This document shows, piece by piece, positions 11,935 through 25,985 of a DNA stretch of 64,000 nucleotides. How positions within the stretch are numbered: position 1 is the first letter of the stretch; each line of letters starts with the position of its first letter. The notes beneath the pieces are model-generated. The model had not been told where the DNA came from. It did not search any database and worked only from the letters and a program-made list of their open reading frames with translations. The position numbers were made by a program, and so were the translations under genes. Origin of the DNA: Octopus sinensis (lineage: Eukaryota); assembly GCF_006345805.1 (NCBI RefSeq), contig NC_043012.1:50096001-50160000 (forward strand). The letters are read 5' to 3'.

Positions 11935-12719
11935 GTATAAATATATATATATATGTGTATATACACATACATATATAGATATATATACACAACTTTATAT
12001 ATATATATATATATATATATACAACTTTAACAGCGACACACGATTCGTTATTCACATGCGCTCAAGAATACTGTTATCTTTGTCGGTTATTCTCTCTTTA
12101 TATATCTATGACTCAGCCTCTTCATATATGTATGCGTGTGTGTGTGGGTGTGTGTTGGTGTGTGTGTGTGTGTGTGTATGTGTCTGTGTATATATACTGG
12201 TGTATATGTGTGTTTGTAATTGTGTGCGCACGCGTATAAAGTGACACAAGTACAATAAGACGCCGGTGATATATAAAGAATAGAGGTAGAAAAAGAGAAA
12301 CGTACATACATAATTATATAGTTTGATATTGTGTAAAATTCTTACTGTTTCTTTTGTCCATAGAATCCGATTAAGTTGAGAGTCGCAAATCTTTCGTTAC
12401 TAGATATCTTAGTCGCTACAAACGGCTGAAAAGCTAATTATACGAAGAAATGTTTCCTAAAACACTGCTTCTTAGCGTTTTCCAACAGACTGTGTCATAC
12501 ATGACAGAGCAATCATTTTAGTCGATTCCCTTAACACGCACGCACGCACGCACGCACAAACACACACGTTGGAAGGTACGCTAAAGCACACGCGCACACG
12601 CATATATATATATAAAAATAAACACACACACATGTATACATACATGCAAATATATATATGTATATGTGTGTGTGTGTGTGTGTTTTCGTGCGTGTTCATG
12701 TATGTATATATGTGTATAT

Positions 12720-12825
<106 letters not shown>

Positions 12826-12871
12826 TATATATATATATGTATATATATATACATATATGCATGTATATATA

Positions 12872-12917
<46 letters not shown>

Positions 12918-13397
12918 CTGTGTGTATATATATGTATATATTAGCTTGCTGAAAGGCAAGATATTTTCTTCCTTGTATAAAATCTGTGCAGAAGACTTCG
13001 GCAACTGTTATGTGATAGCGTGAAGTGATGTGATCAATAATACGCTTATGTATTGATATTGTAGGTCAAGAGAAATAATTTGATTGTTACTATCATCTTC
13101 CATAAGCTTAGCCAATATTTTCCTAATGCCAACTCTTTCTTAGCATTATAACTTTTCAATTAGTCACCTCACGACTCTGTTAATCGCACACTTGTATGAA
13201 GAATGTTTCAGCACCCGGCCTGATCAATTCCATTACAATACACCGATAAATATAACGAAAAATCATGAACTATACGAGACAAAATTAAATAGATCCTTGT
13301 TGCTATGAATTCATATCAAATTTAAAAAGAAGGAATATGAATATACAGAATAAAATGTGTTCTTCTTTCCTTCTTTTTCCTTATTTCTTTCTTTCCT

Positions 13398-13441
<44 letters not shown>

Positions 13442-13740
13442 TCATTTTCTCTCTTCTTGTCTTTCTTCATTTCTCCTCTGCTTTTATAAATCTATCTGAA
13501 CTTCTTAAATACTGATCTGTATTTTAATGAAGATATCGTGGAAGTTGTTTCTCAATAATGCGACAAGATATAGATCTGTGTGTGTATATGTGTGTGTGTG
13601 CGTGTGTGAGTTTGTGTACTTGTGTTTGTGCTAGTTCTCTACACCGCTTGAAAACCGGTGCTGGTTGTGTTTACGTTGTCTGTAATATGATGGTCCGGTA
13701 AATTGAACAGACACTTTAAGTACCAAATTATGACAAGCGA

Positions 13741-13832
13741 AGGCGCATGGCTCAGTAGCTAAAGCGTCGGGCTCACAATCATACGGTAGTGATTTCGATT
13801 CGCGGATCGAGCTGTGTGTTGTGTTCATCAGC
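13741..13832 (+). mobile_element. tRNA-like SINE head (third family, OR1-like)
   Basis: aggcgcatggctcagtagctaaagcg (A-box-like) ... gatttcgattcgc (B-box-like) ... tgtgttgtgttc. Confidence 0.55.
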
Positions 13833-14806
13833 ACGCATGCACAAACACACACTCACACATTTTCACACGCACATACTTACATGCACCCACACACCACACA
13901 CTTACACACGCTCACTCATACATTACATTTATAAGACGGTTGTCCACCTAATTCATTCATTAGGTATTCGTCCACCGGATGTAATAGGAGTGGAAGCTTG
14001 AAAAATGGCGATGTCTAGTGGGACCGAACGTGGTTGGAAAATGAGCTTGTTACCCATGAACAGCTACAATTTACTCGTGCTAGAATCACGTTTCCCGATC
14101 TGTGTTGTCTATCTTTTTCCTTCTTCTCAGTTATTCAACGCCGTCTGCTAAGTAATCAGCGTATGACTTCGTAGCATGGTTTGTGTTTATGATCCAAATA
14201 TCAGTGTATGTAACAAATCCCAGCTTAATTCTTCAACAGAGTCAATAGGGACCACCTTCCTTCAATTGATGTTGAATAGTTGGTTTACTAAAATTATTAG
14301 TATTTCTTTTTGTGTACTCCTTTTCTTGGATGGCATTCAAAATGGTAAAGAGCATGTGCATGTATATGTTATACAACAGTCCTTAGTTTCATAGTTTATG
14401 ACACGATGAAAGAGCACAATAAATCAGATTATACAAAAATGTCCACACATATGTGAATTTTTCTATCTTCATACTCACGTATACACATATATATGATTAC
14501 ACACACACTTACATGCACGCACACACGCAGCAGTATTTATTGTCGAAATCAACTGAAAAATATATTATTATAATAACATAAAATTCAACATAACAAACCC
14601 ATTTAAATGAGGAATACCTACAGTAGTATCCGAGTATATTTTATTGAACAACAAACTATAAATATCAAGTTTTATACACCATTAAATTTATCCCGTTGAA
14701 TTACTCTCTAACGTTTAAAAATTACATACACACACACAAATACATACATACTTATATATATGACTGTATGTATGTATATAAATATAAATATATATGTGTG
14801 AGTATG

Positions 14807-14897
<91 letters not shown>

Positions 14898-15127
14898 ATC
14901 TATATATACATACACACGCGTACATCTATACGTTCATACAAACATGCGTTTATTTATATATACACACAACTATATGGTCATGCGTATTTGTATTTTTGAT
15001 ATTTCTTTTGTCACTTGAGGGAAATTTCCTAACAGTTACTATGTATAATAATTCCCAAATACATCATATAGTCTATGTTTGCTTCTCATTGCATTAAAAA
15101 AAGAAACGGTAACCAGAATATAATCGA

Positions 15128-15235
15128 CGTAGGTGTGGCTACGTGGAAAGAGATTTGCTTCTTAGGTACATGGTTCTTAGTTCAATACCACTGCGTGGCA
15201 CCTTCGGCAGGTGTCTTTTACTATAGCGTCTGCTA
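15128..15235 (+). mobile_element. CORE-type SINE 5' fragment
   Basis: ccactgcgtggcaccttcggcaggtgtcttttactatagc matches the CORE-like segment of the fuller copies at 21926 and 43176. Confidence 0.7.
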
Positions 15236-15699
15236 TATCGGTTTTTTTCGTCCATATACTGACCAACAGGTATGAACTGACATATACCACATTGATTATC
15301 ATTGCACTTCGATACAATGAATTATTCGTCATTCTTGCTTATGTGAAACTTTGTTTTTGTTAATAATTGTTTAAAAATTTCGGCTGTTTGTACAAAGAAT
15401 CATAACCCGATCCGTGATTATATCCTTTCATTCTTTATTTTGAGCAATGATCGGCAAGTTTGCTTTGATAATACTAAAGATATTTTGGTTACACGGATTA
15501 TGTGACACTGTAAAGGGGACGACCTGTTTTTATTTTCCTCAATTTTGGGGTGCACTAAATTTCTGTATGGGTACTTCTATAGCACGCTGTACACCATTTT
15601 CTATAAGTAGAGACAAGTATTTTTGTTTGAGTAGAAATTCTTTGAGTTCTGTTAGGTGTTAGTTTCTAGTATTTACATCTTCCTCTGCCTAGCCAGAAA

Positions 15700-15960
15700 C
15701 ATTTGTGCCTTAGCTATAGCCCAGAGACAACCCATGCTTTGTGAGTGAACTCGCAAGATGGAAGCCCGCAGCATACCGTTGTGTTTATGTTTGTAACTTT
15801 CAGCGATTCACCACTGCGGTTTAATGTGCTTACGATAAAAAGGAACTGATATAAAATGTACGAGACTTAAAAATATATGATCAGGTCGATATGTTCGACT
15901 ACACCATTTAAGAAACTATCCCAGTATGGCTGTTGACCATTGAATGATAAAAGTGAAATA
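15700..15960 (+). mobile_element. Highly diverged CORE-type SINE remnant
   Basis: Patchy similarity: ctatagccc, ctttgtgagtgaa, aggtcgatatgttcgacta, ccagtatggc. Confidence 0.4.
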
Positions 15961-16124
15961 TAAAAGGTAAACAAAGTGAGATTTGTGTATCTTCGGGGTA
16001 ATAATTACAATGATTCACAATGATGTTATTTACCAAGCTAATTTTATATTGATATATACAGGGATAATGAAGCAAAACTTCTGATTTTGTGCCAAAAGTT
16101 TAAAACAATATTCACATGGATAAT

Positions 16125-16348
16125 AAGGCGATGAACTGGCAGAATTGTCATCACGCCGGACAATGCTTAACAGCATTTGATCTAACCGTACCTCCCACGT
16201 TCAAATCCCATCGAGGTCGACTTTTGTTTTTATCATTTCAGGAACAATAAAATAAGTACAAGTAGAGCATTAGGGTGTGTGTGGGTTGATCTAGTCGACT
16301 TACCACTACCCGGAAATTACTGGCCTCGTGTTAAAATTTGAAACCGAT
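16125..16348 (+). mobile_element. OK-like SINE, diverged
   Basis: aaggcgatgaactggcagaa...gaggtcgactttt...aaattactggcctcgtgttaaaatttgaaacc. Confidence 0.7.
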
Positions 16349-17509
16349 ACCTACATCCAAGGAACTATTTCATTTGTATAACGCTATACCTGCCTCTCCT
16401 AATTTTTGTCTATATTTTAAAACATTACCATGTGTGGCGTCTGGATTCAAATGTTTTAATCAAATTATATCGAGATTGAGTGCATTGTCAGTTATTTCAT
16501 CGTTCTAGTGAGATAAATAATGCTAATTGGATATTGGAATGAGGGTGTATAACTACAATTTAGTTCTACTCGATGTGAAGATTTCTAAGTAATCTTGTCG
16601 GAATGTATTTGTTTTCAATCTACTCAATAATAATTACTAAGTAATAACATTTTTATTTATGTTTTTTTTTGTCTTTGGCCAGTAAGTGTTATTTCCTATT
16701 TGCATCTATCTAGAAACGAAAGGAAATTAATACTATTCCCTTCAAACTTTGCTTTTTTTTTTACCTGTACATCGATGTTTCGAAATTCACCTATGTTCCA
16801 TTACATTTCAAAGAGATTCGGTGCTGAATTACTGAAGCAGAAGTATCGTTATAGCAAATATTCTGCTCAATACCAAAAATTTACTTGTCGTTTGCTTGAC
16901 CTTCACCACTTGAACATGTCCCTTAGTAACTTACAATATGTGTATTTCAGATCATGAACAGGAATAGTGGGGTAGCATCAGAGCCATCTGATTCTTTGGA
17001 GTTTTAATGAATGTAAGAAAAGCAGGTTTTGAAGGAAATGCTAAGCATTTTTCATACTTTCAAAGAGTAAGCAGATAGGAATGAACAATTGCTACCCAAG
17101 GACAAATATCGTGTTACACGGTATAATTAAACACCAAAGACGTTACAAGCAAACGAGTCATGTTCGGTAGTATGTACCATACTTACACTAATTAAGAACG
17201 TCATGTATTCACAAGAGGAAGACATAATGCATCTTCTCCACCTGCCGAAACTTGACACAGACAAAAATTCTAGATGTGAAAGTTTTGGAATGCTGCATTA
17301 ATATTCTTATGGTAAATTCAATTTTAGAGGAAAAAAACGTTAGATGACGAGCCACCAGATTGAAGAATCTACCCCAAGACATTAGGATCCTGAGTGCCAC
17401 AATCTTTCACTCCATACCACACGCCTATATAAATGTGTGCTTATATATGTAGTGAAGCATCTATCTATCTATCTATCTCTTTCTCTGTACATATATATAT
17501 ATAACTCAA

Positions 17510-17570
<61 letters not shown>

Positions 17571-17638
17571 CCACCTCTCTCTCTGTAGATATATATATCC
17601 TCACCTCTCTCTTTGTACATATAAATCTTCACTCTCTG

Positions 17639-17720
<82 letters not shown>

Positions 17721-18086
17721 TGTTTGTGTTTGTGTGTATATGTATGTGTGTATAGAATGTTTCCGCGTTACAGCTTCTTCGGGTAACGGAATTTTGCGAT
17801 TGCACTATTATAAAATATGATGAGTAATTTCAGAATACCCTCTGTAATTTCGACCTTACGAATACGAAAGCTCGAACGAATGTCAACAATTTAAAAAACG
17901 ACAACTTGTCACCTTCTCTTAGCCAAAAGTTTGCTTCTCGGCGTTTCAGATTAGGATCAAAGAATAGTCAACTGTTTGAAAAATATTTTCATGTCACACA
18001 AACAAGTACGTGCGCGCGTTTCCACACATACACACTCACACACAGTCACGCGCGTACACGCTCGCACACGCACGCACACGCATACA

Positions 18087-18137
<51 letters not shown>

Positions 18138-18216
18138 ATATATATATAATATATATATATAGAATATATATATATATTATGTGTGAGTATATGGTATATG
18201 TATATATCTGTATATG

Positions 18217-18281
<65 letters not shown>

Positions 18282-18311
18282 AATATATATATACATATAT
18301 ATACATATACA

Positions 18312-18364
<53 letters not shown>

Positions 18365-18629
18365 CGTGTGTGTGCATGTGTATGTATGCAAGTGCTCAGT
18401 GTATGCATCACTTACACCATTTTATCTTCTCATTTCCATTCTCAGATCCTGCGAAATAACACAATAATTTTTTTTTTCCTTTTACTCTTATGAAATTCTT
18501 CTTTCTTTGTATCTTTATTGCTACGTATTTGTTGTGGATAATTTAAGATCGTTGCCACTGTAGGAATTATCTACAATTCAAGTAGTCTGGAAAGACGCCA
18601 TCAAGTGGAACTGAAAGCAGTTGTGCGAG

Positions 18630-19065
18630 AAGGAACCGTAAATAATGTTACACCGGACGCTAAACTTGATATTTTAAAAAGGCTTCCTGCGCGAGTAAAA
18701 GACAGCCACATAGCAAAGACATGAAAGCTTGCGAAATCTACAGAGAGAACAATACGTGACAATAGAGAGAAAATTAACTCATGAGCTTTGAAAAATATTG
18801 CGTTTTATGTCCGAACCTTATTTCTGCACAGATCTAAAAGGATGCTTAAAACGGAGCAGCTGAAGCTGTTTGGTTCAAGGATCGGAGACGACTTCATGTG
18901 TCAATAAGTGTAAAGAAAATAAAAATGCTGAAAGTTTGTATGACGATTTTCAAAGAAATGGAAACTGAAACATCTACGTTACAAACTTTCCTGGCTTGAA
19001 ATGTTTAAAAAGCGCTTGCATTTGCTCAACAGAAACAGAACCGGTGAAGCTACCAATTCTGATTG
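18630..19065 (+). pseudogene. pogo/Tigger-type transposase remnant (CENP-B-like HTH region)
   Basis: My translation gives NVTPDAKLDILKRLPARVKDSHIAKT*KLAKSTERTIRDNREKI and SWLEMFKKRLHLLNRNRTGEATNSD, resembling Tigger N-terminal motifs; stops and frameshifts present. Confidence 0.7.
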
Positions 19066-19299
19066 AGAGGTGGGTAGTAATTCACCTGAGCAGATTCAAA
19101 AAGTAAGAAATTTTTAATTTATGTCTTTCAGAGCCAAGAAACTGGAAGGGTAAAAATTTGTTCATTGACCTTACATTGACCACCCATAAACTCGTCCTTA
19201 AATAAATTAAGTACTTCTAGTTGGAAATTACAAAAAGTATATAATTTCGACTCAATGGAATTGGTCCAAAATTTGTATCACCGAACAATATGTACATCT

Positions 19300-21110
19300 T
19301 TATTTGTGATAATCATGGAAACATTTCTTCTTTTTACCAAGACAGAGAAGGCCTTCGCAATAGAAAATTTCCACTCTGTCCTGCTTTTTCTAGCTTTTGA
19401 ACTGCACAAAGCACACCTCCTTCTAGTTCCGCTTATTGGTTAATGAGCCAACTTTCTCTCTCTCTAATCCCTAATGAAACATGAGGCTTTCGGCTTTTAA
19501 TTTCTCATTAACACAATAGATTCTGCTGCTAACCCATCAATATCTTCCAATCGGAATTTTTCCAGTGCCATATTGCAGTCCTGTACTTTCTTATGAAGTA
19601 TGAAAGCGTTTACAATTGCTCCATCAAGAAAGTAAAAAATATATATATATTCTGTGCCACCATTTGTGACTTTTACGATCTAATTCATAGGTTTTCTTTA
19701 GCTGATAAAACTTATCTACACAATTCATATTTAGGTTATAATCTTTTATCATAATTGGACAGTTTATTTGGAGCTTGCTTCTATCCTTTCCTCGCCTAGA
19801 AACTTGGCATATTTCCGTAGGTTCGTGAAAACTTGAAGTAGCATATATCACTCTCTCATCTTTCCATTTCACAGCCGAGATTCCATCGTCAGAAAGAAAT
19901 CAGTTATGTTCACCTCTTTCCACGTCTTTATCATTCTAATAAGGTTAAAGAAACCTCACCCTTTTCTTATTTACAGTGCCACATGCAGATAATTGTTCTA
20001 TTTTCAATTCCTTAACTAGGTCATAGCTAGTAAAATAGTTGTCGAAAAATCTTTGTCTTCTCCCTTTTAGTCGACTTGTTAGTTTTTTAACTACATTACC
20101 TTCTATGTCTCTTGTAACTTTACCAGTATTTTTACCTGTATATATTTAGCCATCAATGAAATATTCCGATTTATCTGCCAGTACCCGAATTTTGTAACCC
20201 CTACTTATTGGTTTGATGGGGCATTATTGCTTTAGATTATTTCTAGCCTTTAATTTTACCGTTGATCGCCCATTACAACTATATCACTAGCACAATAGCA
20301 TTTTTTCAAAAATAATTTCCGATCATTTCAAGGTATGGTCTTGGCTGTACAATTTATCTATGTTAGGGGAGAAACCTTTCTGACATAAGAGAATTGACAT
20401 TCAAATGAAAATGTGATAATATTCCATCAAATTTTTTGATAGCATTAGTATGCTTGTAAAATTACCATTTAGCTTTGGATCTGTGCACCAATAATCGCTA
20501 TAACTGGGCACACGCTTAACTCCCATCATCAAATTAATTGCCAAAAGCTTTTATTTCTTTGGCAGTGATAGGAAACAAATTTTGCCTGACTGAACAGCGT
20601 ACAAATTAGTATGAAAAACAATAACCTCTATTATGTTATCAGTGAACAAGTTGCGGAATATTGCAAAAGGTGTGGGATCGCGCATTTCCTGGATATCCTT
20701 TGCTACACAACTTGGTGTGTTAACACAATTGTTGGGTGTGCAATATTTACCTTAGCCCATTTTTGATTTTTATTACCTGCAAAAGGGGGTAACGGATCGT
20801 CATCTGATTCAAATTCTGATAAATCATCAAACTCTACAGTTTCTGATACTTCCCTCTGAATATTATTTTGTTCTTCCAAAACTTCATCTGAGCATCATCA
20901 CAAGCTGATTCATGATCTGAAGGAATATCTTCATCCAAAATTTCCACAATTTCCTTTAGAGATAATAGATTTCGGTGGTGAGACATTCTGTAAGGGTAAA
21001 ATCATCAAATATTACTAGTTGTCACTTCACAATTTCATAAGGAATTTATAAATCTTTTCAACGAAATTTCAATGAGTGGTCTGTTTACATGATCCATTTG
21101 TCTGTCCTTG
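19300..21110 (-). pseudogene. piggyBac transposase remnant
   Basis: ORF 19624-19872 (KWKDERV...CPIMIKDYN..M..VD..YQ...RKSHKWWHR); upstream frames give KP.SRGYKIRVLADK and FFDNYFTS; a Cys-rich C-terminus RRCALCS...CF.DYHK* ends at 19300. TIRs not found. Confidence 0.9.
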
Positions 21111-21196
21111 GCAAACGCGTGGCGTTTTCATTTTCTTCTACCATAAGATCTATTATTCATTATTTCTAATAGTTTGACTATTTAGTGACTTTCGAC

Positions 21197-21230
<34 letters not shown>

Positions 21231-21359
21231 ACACAAACACACATACACACACACACATATATAAGAGGTACCCCACCCCCCGATCAGATCAGTAGAACAG
21301 TCTTTTAATGAGGTTAAAATGTCATTTGCTGAGCACCCCGAAACACTCGTACCCTTATA

Positions 21360-21500
21360 TTAGGTTGTCCCAAAAGTTCGTAAACACTTGCGAAAATTGA
21401 ATTTTTACTCGCCAAGTACTAACAAAAACAACAAAAATTATTCCTCAAAATAAAGACCATAATTTTCCAAGACCTTCTACAAAATTTTGGGACAATCTTA
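21360..21500. mobile_element. Mariner-type MITE (about 141 bp)
   Basis: TIRs tattaggttgtcccaaaagttcgta versus reverse complement tataagattgtcccaaaattttgta (21/25 match), TA on both sides. Confidence 0.65.
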
Positions 21501-21599
21501 TAGTATTTCTCAGGTAGATCCATCGTGACATATAAGCATGCGTGCGTATATGTGAGTATGTATGTTTGTTTCTGCACACACACAAAATCCCGCATACAT

Positions 21600-21828
21600 A
21601 TTTCACGTAGCTCTAGTTCACTCAGCTGGCAAAAATGAGTGGTACCTGTATTCCATAGGGTCAGACTTGTCACATTCTACGTCACGCTGAATCTCCCTAA
21701 GAAACATGTGAAGGGTGCACGTGTCTGTGGAGTGCTCAGTCACTTGCACGTTAATCTCACGAGTAGCTGCTTCCCTTTATCGGATCAACTGGAACTCTCT
21801 TCCCCGTAGGCAACGGAATGCCAGTTAC
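21600..21828 (+). mobile_element. OR1-like SINE body and 3' part
   Basis: cactcagctggcaaaaatgagt...gtgtctgtggagtgctcag...ggatcaactggaac; family assignment rests on my recall. Confidence 0.55.
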
Positions 21829-21925
21829 ACTTGTAGGCGCACTCATAAGAACACACATGTAAATATTCTTATATGTACATATTTTCACACGCGCACATAC
21901 TCAAACATATATAAATATATTATTG

Positions 21926-22160
21926 TTTTACTTGTTTCAGTCATTTGACTGTGGCCATGCTGGAGCACCGCCTTTAGTCGAGCAAATCGACACCGGGACA
22001 TATTCTTTGTAAGCCTAGTACTTATTATATCGGCCTCTTTTGCCGAATCGCTAATTTACAGGGACTTAAACACATCAGCATCGGTTGTGAAGCGATGTTA
22101 GGGGGGCAAACACAAACACACAAACATACACACACGCACACACACACACATACATACACA

Positions 22161-22211
<51 letters not shown>

Positions 22212-22382
22212 CATATATACGGCAGGCTTCTTTCAGTTTCAGTCTACCAAATCCACTCACAAGGCTTTGGTTGACCCGCGGCTATAGTAGAAGACACTTG
22301 CCCAAGGTGCCACACAGTGGGACGGAACCTGGAACCATGTGGTTGGTAAGCAAGCTACTTACCACACAGTCACTCCTACGCC
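21926..22382 (-). mobile_element. CORE-type tRNA SINE (OR2-like), full length, with internal (CA)n/(TA)n
   Basis: tRNA-like head, MIR-CORE-like gtggcaccttgggcaagtgtctt, tail ctccagcatggccacagtcaaatgactgaaacaagtaaaa. Confidence 0.85.
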
Positions 22383-23095
22383 TATATATATATCTTGCAC
22401 AAAATAGTCGGTCAAAATACCATTTCATAAATCCGATTGTATATTACGTCACCAATTCACATATTACATATGATTACCGTGTATCACTCATGATCGTGAT
22501 TATTGAGTGTTATTCTAACTTCTGCAATTAGTGTTGCACTGTATCTGTCAATGACAAGTTTCTTCTCGTAAACTTATATATTTTACTATTGCTTACTTTT
22601 ATAATGCGTCAACAAGTCTCCTCTGTTTTTTTTTTTCTTCATTCACTTTCTTTCTATGATCATATATCCAATTTTGTACTTGGCTTCAACCAACAGCTGA
22701 ACTAATCCTTAGCAATACGTAATCAAATGTACTGCGGCGAAATCATACAGTCTATGGGCCCTGGTTATTTTATATTGGCAATGATCAGCGCAAGCTAGAT
22801 AACCTTGGATCGAGTAAGGTTAACATTTCTAGTTGCAGAGCTGTGGACGAAAATATTATAAAGTAAACGGCCTAACTGCCTGTCCTATTCTTATACATTG
22901 AGCGTCACAATTGAGTAAAATATTCTCCATTGACGCAACTGAGACAGAATATTTTCCTGCTTAGTGTTACTGTATTTCCACCATGTGATAATGAATAATT
23001 ATGTTTCTACCCATATCCGTCACCAGATTCATCAGGAGCTATTTATAAACACACATCAGAATACACCAATAACTGAAACATTGACATATATATTA

Positions 23096-23420
23096 GGCAC
23101 AGGCGTTGCCATGTGGTAAGAAGGCGGTGAGCTGGCAGAAACGTTAGCGACTTTGCATTTCATCCTTTCAGGGTAGATAAATTAGTACCAGTTACGCACT
23201 GGGGTCAATCTAATCGGCTTAATCCCTTTGTCCTTATTTGTCTCCTCTATGTTTAACCCCTTGTGGGCAATAAAGAAATAAGCTGGCTTCCCAACCACAT
23301 GGTTCCTGGTTCAATCTCATTGCAGGGCACTTAGGGCATATCCTCTACCTAGCCGCAAGTCGATAAAGACCTTGTGAGTTCATTTGGCAAACGGACACAA
23401 AAAAAATCTCGTCATATATC
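23096..23420 (+). mobile_element. CORE-type SINE head interrupted by an internally deleted OK-like SINE (23121-23279)
   Basis: gtggtaag|aaggcggtgagctggc...taaagaaat|aagctggcttcccaaccacatggttcc; removing the insert restores the CORE-SINE head. Confidence 0.8.
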
Positions 23421-23601
23421 ACGTCATCTCATAAGTAATGTTTGGACTTGTATATTTTCAAATTGTAAACGTTTTAACAGTATTTTAGAATGTCTTATAG
23501 CATTATATAATATTGATATGTTTTTGGACGTATTTAAACGAATTAAATTTCATTTTGCACGTTAATCTCATTGAAATTTCACTAATTATACCTTTTCAAA
23601 C

Positions 23602-24540
23602 ATGAAAGTGCCTAAGGAGTATTTGAGGCACATAATGCTTTATGAGCTTAAGAAAAAGGAACTCTGCAGCTGAAGTGATTCCAAGTATACACTCAGCTTC
23701 TGAAGAAGAATGCGTGAATGAAAGACTGTGCAGAAGATGGTTTGTAAAATTTAGAATTGGAGATTTCAGCCTTTTAGATGAGACCCGAAACTCAATTGAG
23801 TTTGCTGAGAAGCCCCTTTTGCCAGAAATTGAAATAGATCATGCAGTTTCAGTTGAAAAATTGACAAGCAAGCTTCGTTCAAGCCAAACACCTGTTCACT
23901 GCCATCTTCAACAGCTTGGAAAGGTCCCAAATTTCGGAAAATGGGTGCCTCATGATTTGTCTCAAGCCGACCGCAAATCCCGAGTGGACATCTGCTCGTT
24001 TCTTCGTTCTCGTGAATTTACCTCGTCCTTTTTGGACAGTCTGGTTACCGGTGATGAAAACTGGGTCTTTTAATCAAGATGCTAAGCGTCGTAAGCATTG
24101 GCTTTGTGAAGGGGAAACGGCCCAACCACAACTGAAAGAGGGATCCCTATGAAAAGAATATTCTTCTCTTTGGTGGGATTGCAAGGGAGTCATACAATTT
24201 GAGTTGCTACCAACTAATGGAGCAATCAATTCTCAGATATACTGTCAGGAATTGGAACGTTCGAACGAAGATTTGAACAAAGAAGACTTGTTATATTGAA
24301 TTTAAACGGAGAGGTGATTCATCCGTACAATGCAAGACCCCCACACTGCAAACATCAAGTTACAGAAGATCGAGGTCCTTGGCTAGGAGAAAATTGCTCA
24401 TCTACCTTATTCTCCAGGTCTTCCTCCTTCAGATTACCATTTGTTCCGTAGTTTACAGAACCATTTGGATGGATTAACTTCTCGAAACAACCGTGGTAGA
24501 GAAACTGACATTTCAGAGTTCTTCTCTCCGAAACCGAAAT
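23602..24540 (+). pseudogene. Mariner transposase remnant
   Basis: HTH region, WVPHDL, VTGDENW and a downstream PYSPGLPPSDYHLFRSLQN; frameshifted; no TIRs seen. Confidence 0.9.
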
Positions 24541-24624
24541 AGATGTTTATGTGTATGTGTGTGTGAGAGGGAGAGTGTGTGTGTGTGTGTATGTGTGTAT
24601 GTGTGTTTGTGTCTGAAGTTGTCA

Positions 24625-24830
24625 TGCACCACTGCTCGTCAATAAGTGTTCATGTATTTAAGTCCCTATAAGGTAGTGCTTCGGCAAAAAGAACCCACAA
24701 AATGAGTACTCTGCTTACAATTAAACAAAACATAATTCCTAGGATCGATTTGCTCGATAACATCCCTCAAATATGTTCCCCCCAGTACGACCGCAGTCAA
24801 ATGAGTGAAACAAATAAAGTATAAACGCTA
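24625..24830 (+). mobile_element. CORE-type SINE 3' part, diverged
   Basis: ggatcgatttgctcgat...ccagtacgaccgcagtcaaatgagtgaaacaaataaa. Confidence 0.65.
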
Positions 24831-25395
24831 AAATATATATTCTTCTTCCATGTTTATGGCCTCCTTCTTCGTGAATGCTGCTTTATAGCTGTACTTCTAA
24901 CAATCAACAAAATCATAATTTGCGAAAACCAAAGCGTTATGGCCTTAAATATTTGCGTTTACTCCAGAAAATATACGTGACGTGCTATATCGGAGAATAA
25001 GAGGATATTCATTGAATACGTGTTCTTCCTCTACGCTATTATGCATGAACTTTGATTAACATAGGTACTAGTGATCATTTCGTTGTAACACGCAACACAT
25101 AGGACCTAATTCTCTCAAAACTCTCATATTTAAAATCTAGATGGCGTGTTTACGCATAAGTCAAGCTACGTTTCAATAGTCACTTATTTTACTTCCATTA
25201 CATACGTGATTGCTGGCCGCTGTTCCTCCACAAGTTACTTTTATCCAAACCCATGAATTCTTCTTTCCTGTTCCTCATTGTCGTAGAAAAACCCACATGC
25301 TACCTACCTTCCGCTTGTAAGTCTCCCTGTGTCTCTGTTCTAATATATAAGCTTTAATCGACATACTGCTAGGCATATAACCAAGGTCCAAATAA

Positions 25396-25446
<51 letters not shown>

Positions 25447-25505
25447 ATATATATATATATATATGTGTGTATGTATATATATTATAATATATAATATATA
25501 TATAT

Positions 25506-25554
<49 letters not shown>

Positions 25555-25669
25555 AGATCTATATATATATATAAAGAGAGATAAGTAGATAATATATAGA
25601 GAGATAATATACATACAGAAAAATACACACAAGTATGTGTGTGAGTGTGTAAATATATATATACAAAAA

Positions 25670-25985
25670 TAATGGTTTCAAATTTTGGCAGAAGTCTAGC
25701 AAATTCGAGGGAGAGGAGAAGTCAATTACTTCGACCCAAGCACTCAACTAATAGTTATTTTTACGACGTATTAAATATGAAAGTGAAAGTAGAACACGGA
25801 AGCATTGGAAATCACAACGGACGCATATATACGAAATTGTTGGTTTCAAATTTTGGCAGGGGTTTATTAACTTCGAGGGAACGGTCAAGTCAATGACATC
25901 GACCCAGAGTACAACATCGACCCAGAGTACAACATGAAGGATAACAGGCAAAGTCAACCACGCAGCATTGGAACGCCGAACGCAA
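25670..25985 (-). mobile_element. Two adjacent diverged OK-like SINE copies; the second has an 18-bp internal tandem duplication
   Basis: Both begin ggtttcaaattttggcag; acatcgacccagagtaca occurs twice. Confidence 0.6.

Noticed and set aside
13741-13832. Possible tRNA gene
   Set aside because: No complete cloverleaf; the sequence continues into SINE body, so it is a SINE head.
16745-17010. Splice-like signals on both strands
   Set aside because: All frames contain stops and no consistent exon model emerges.
21260-21358. Short inverted repeat tataagaggtac/gtacccttata
   Set aside because: Only about 11 bp and a single copy; insufficient to call a MITE.
25898-25935. Direct repeats considered as CRISPR-like
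   Set aside because: Two adjacent copies without a spacer inside a SINE, in a eukaryotic context.
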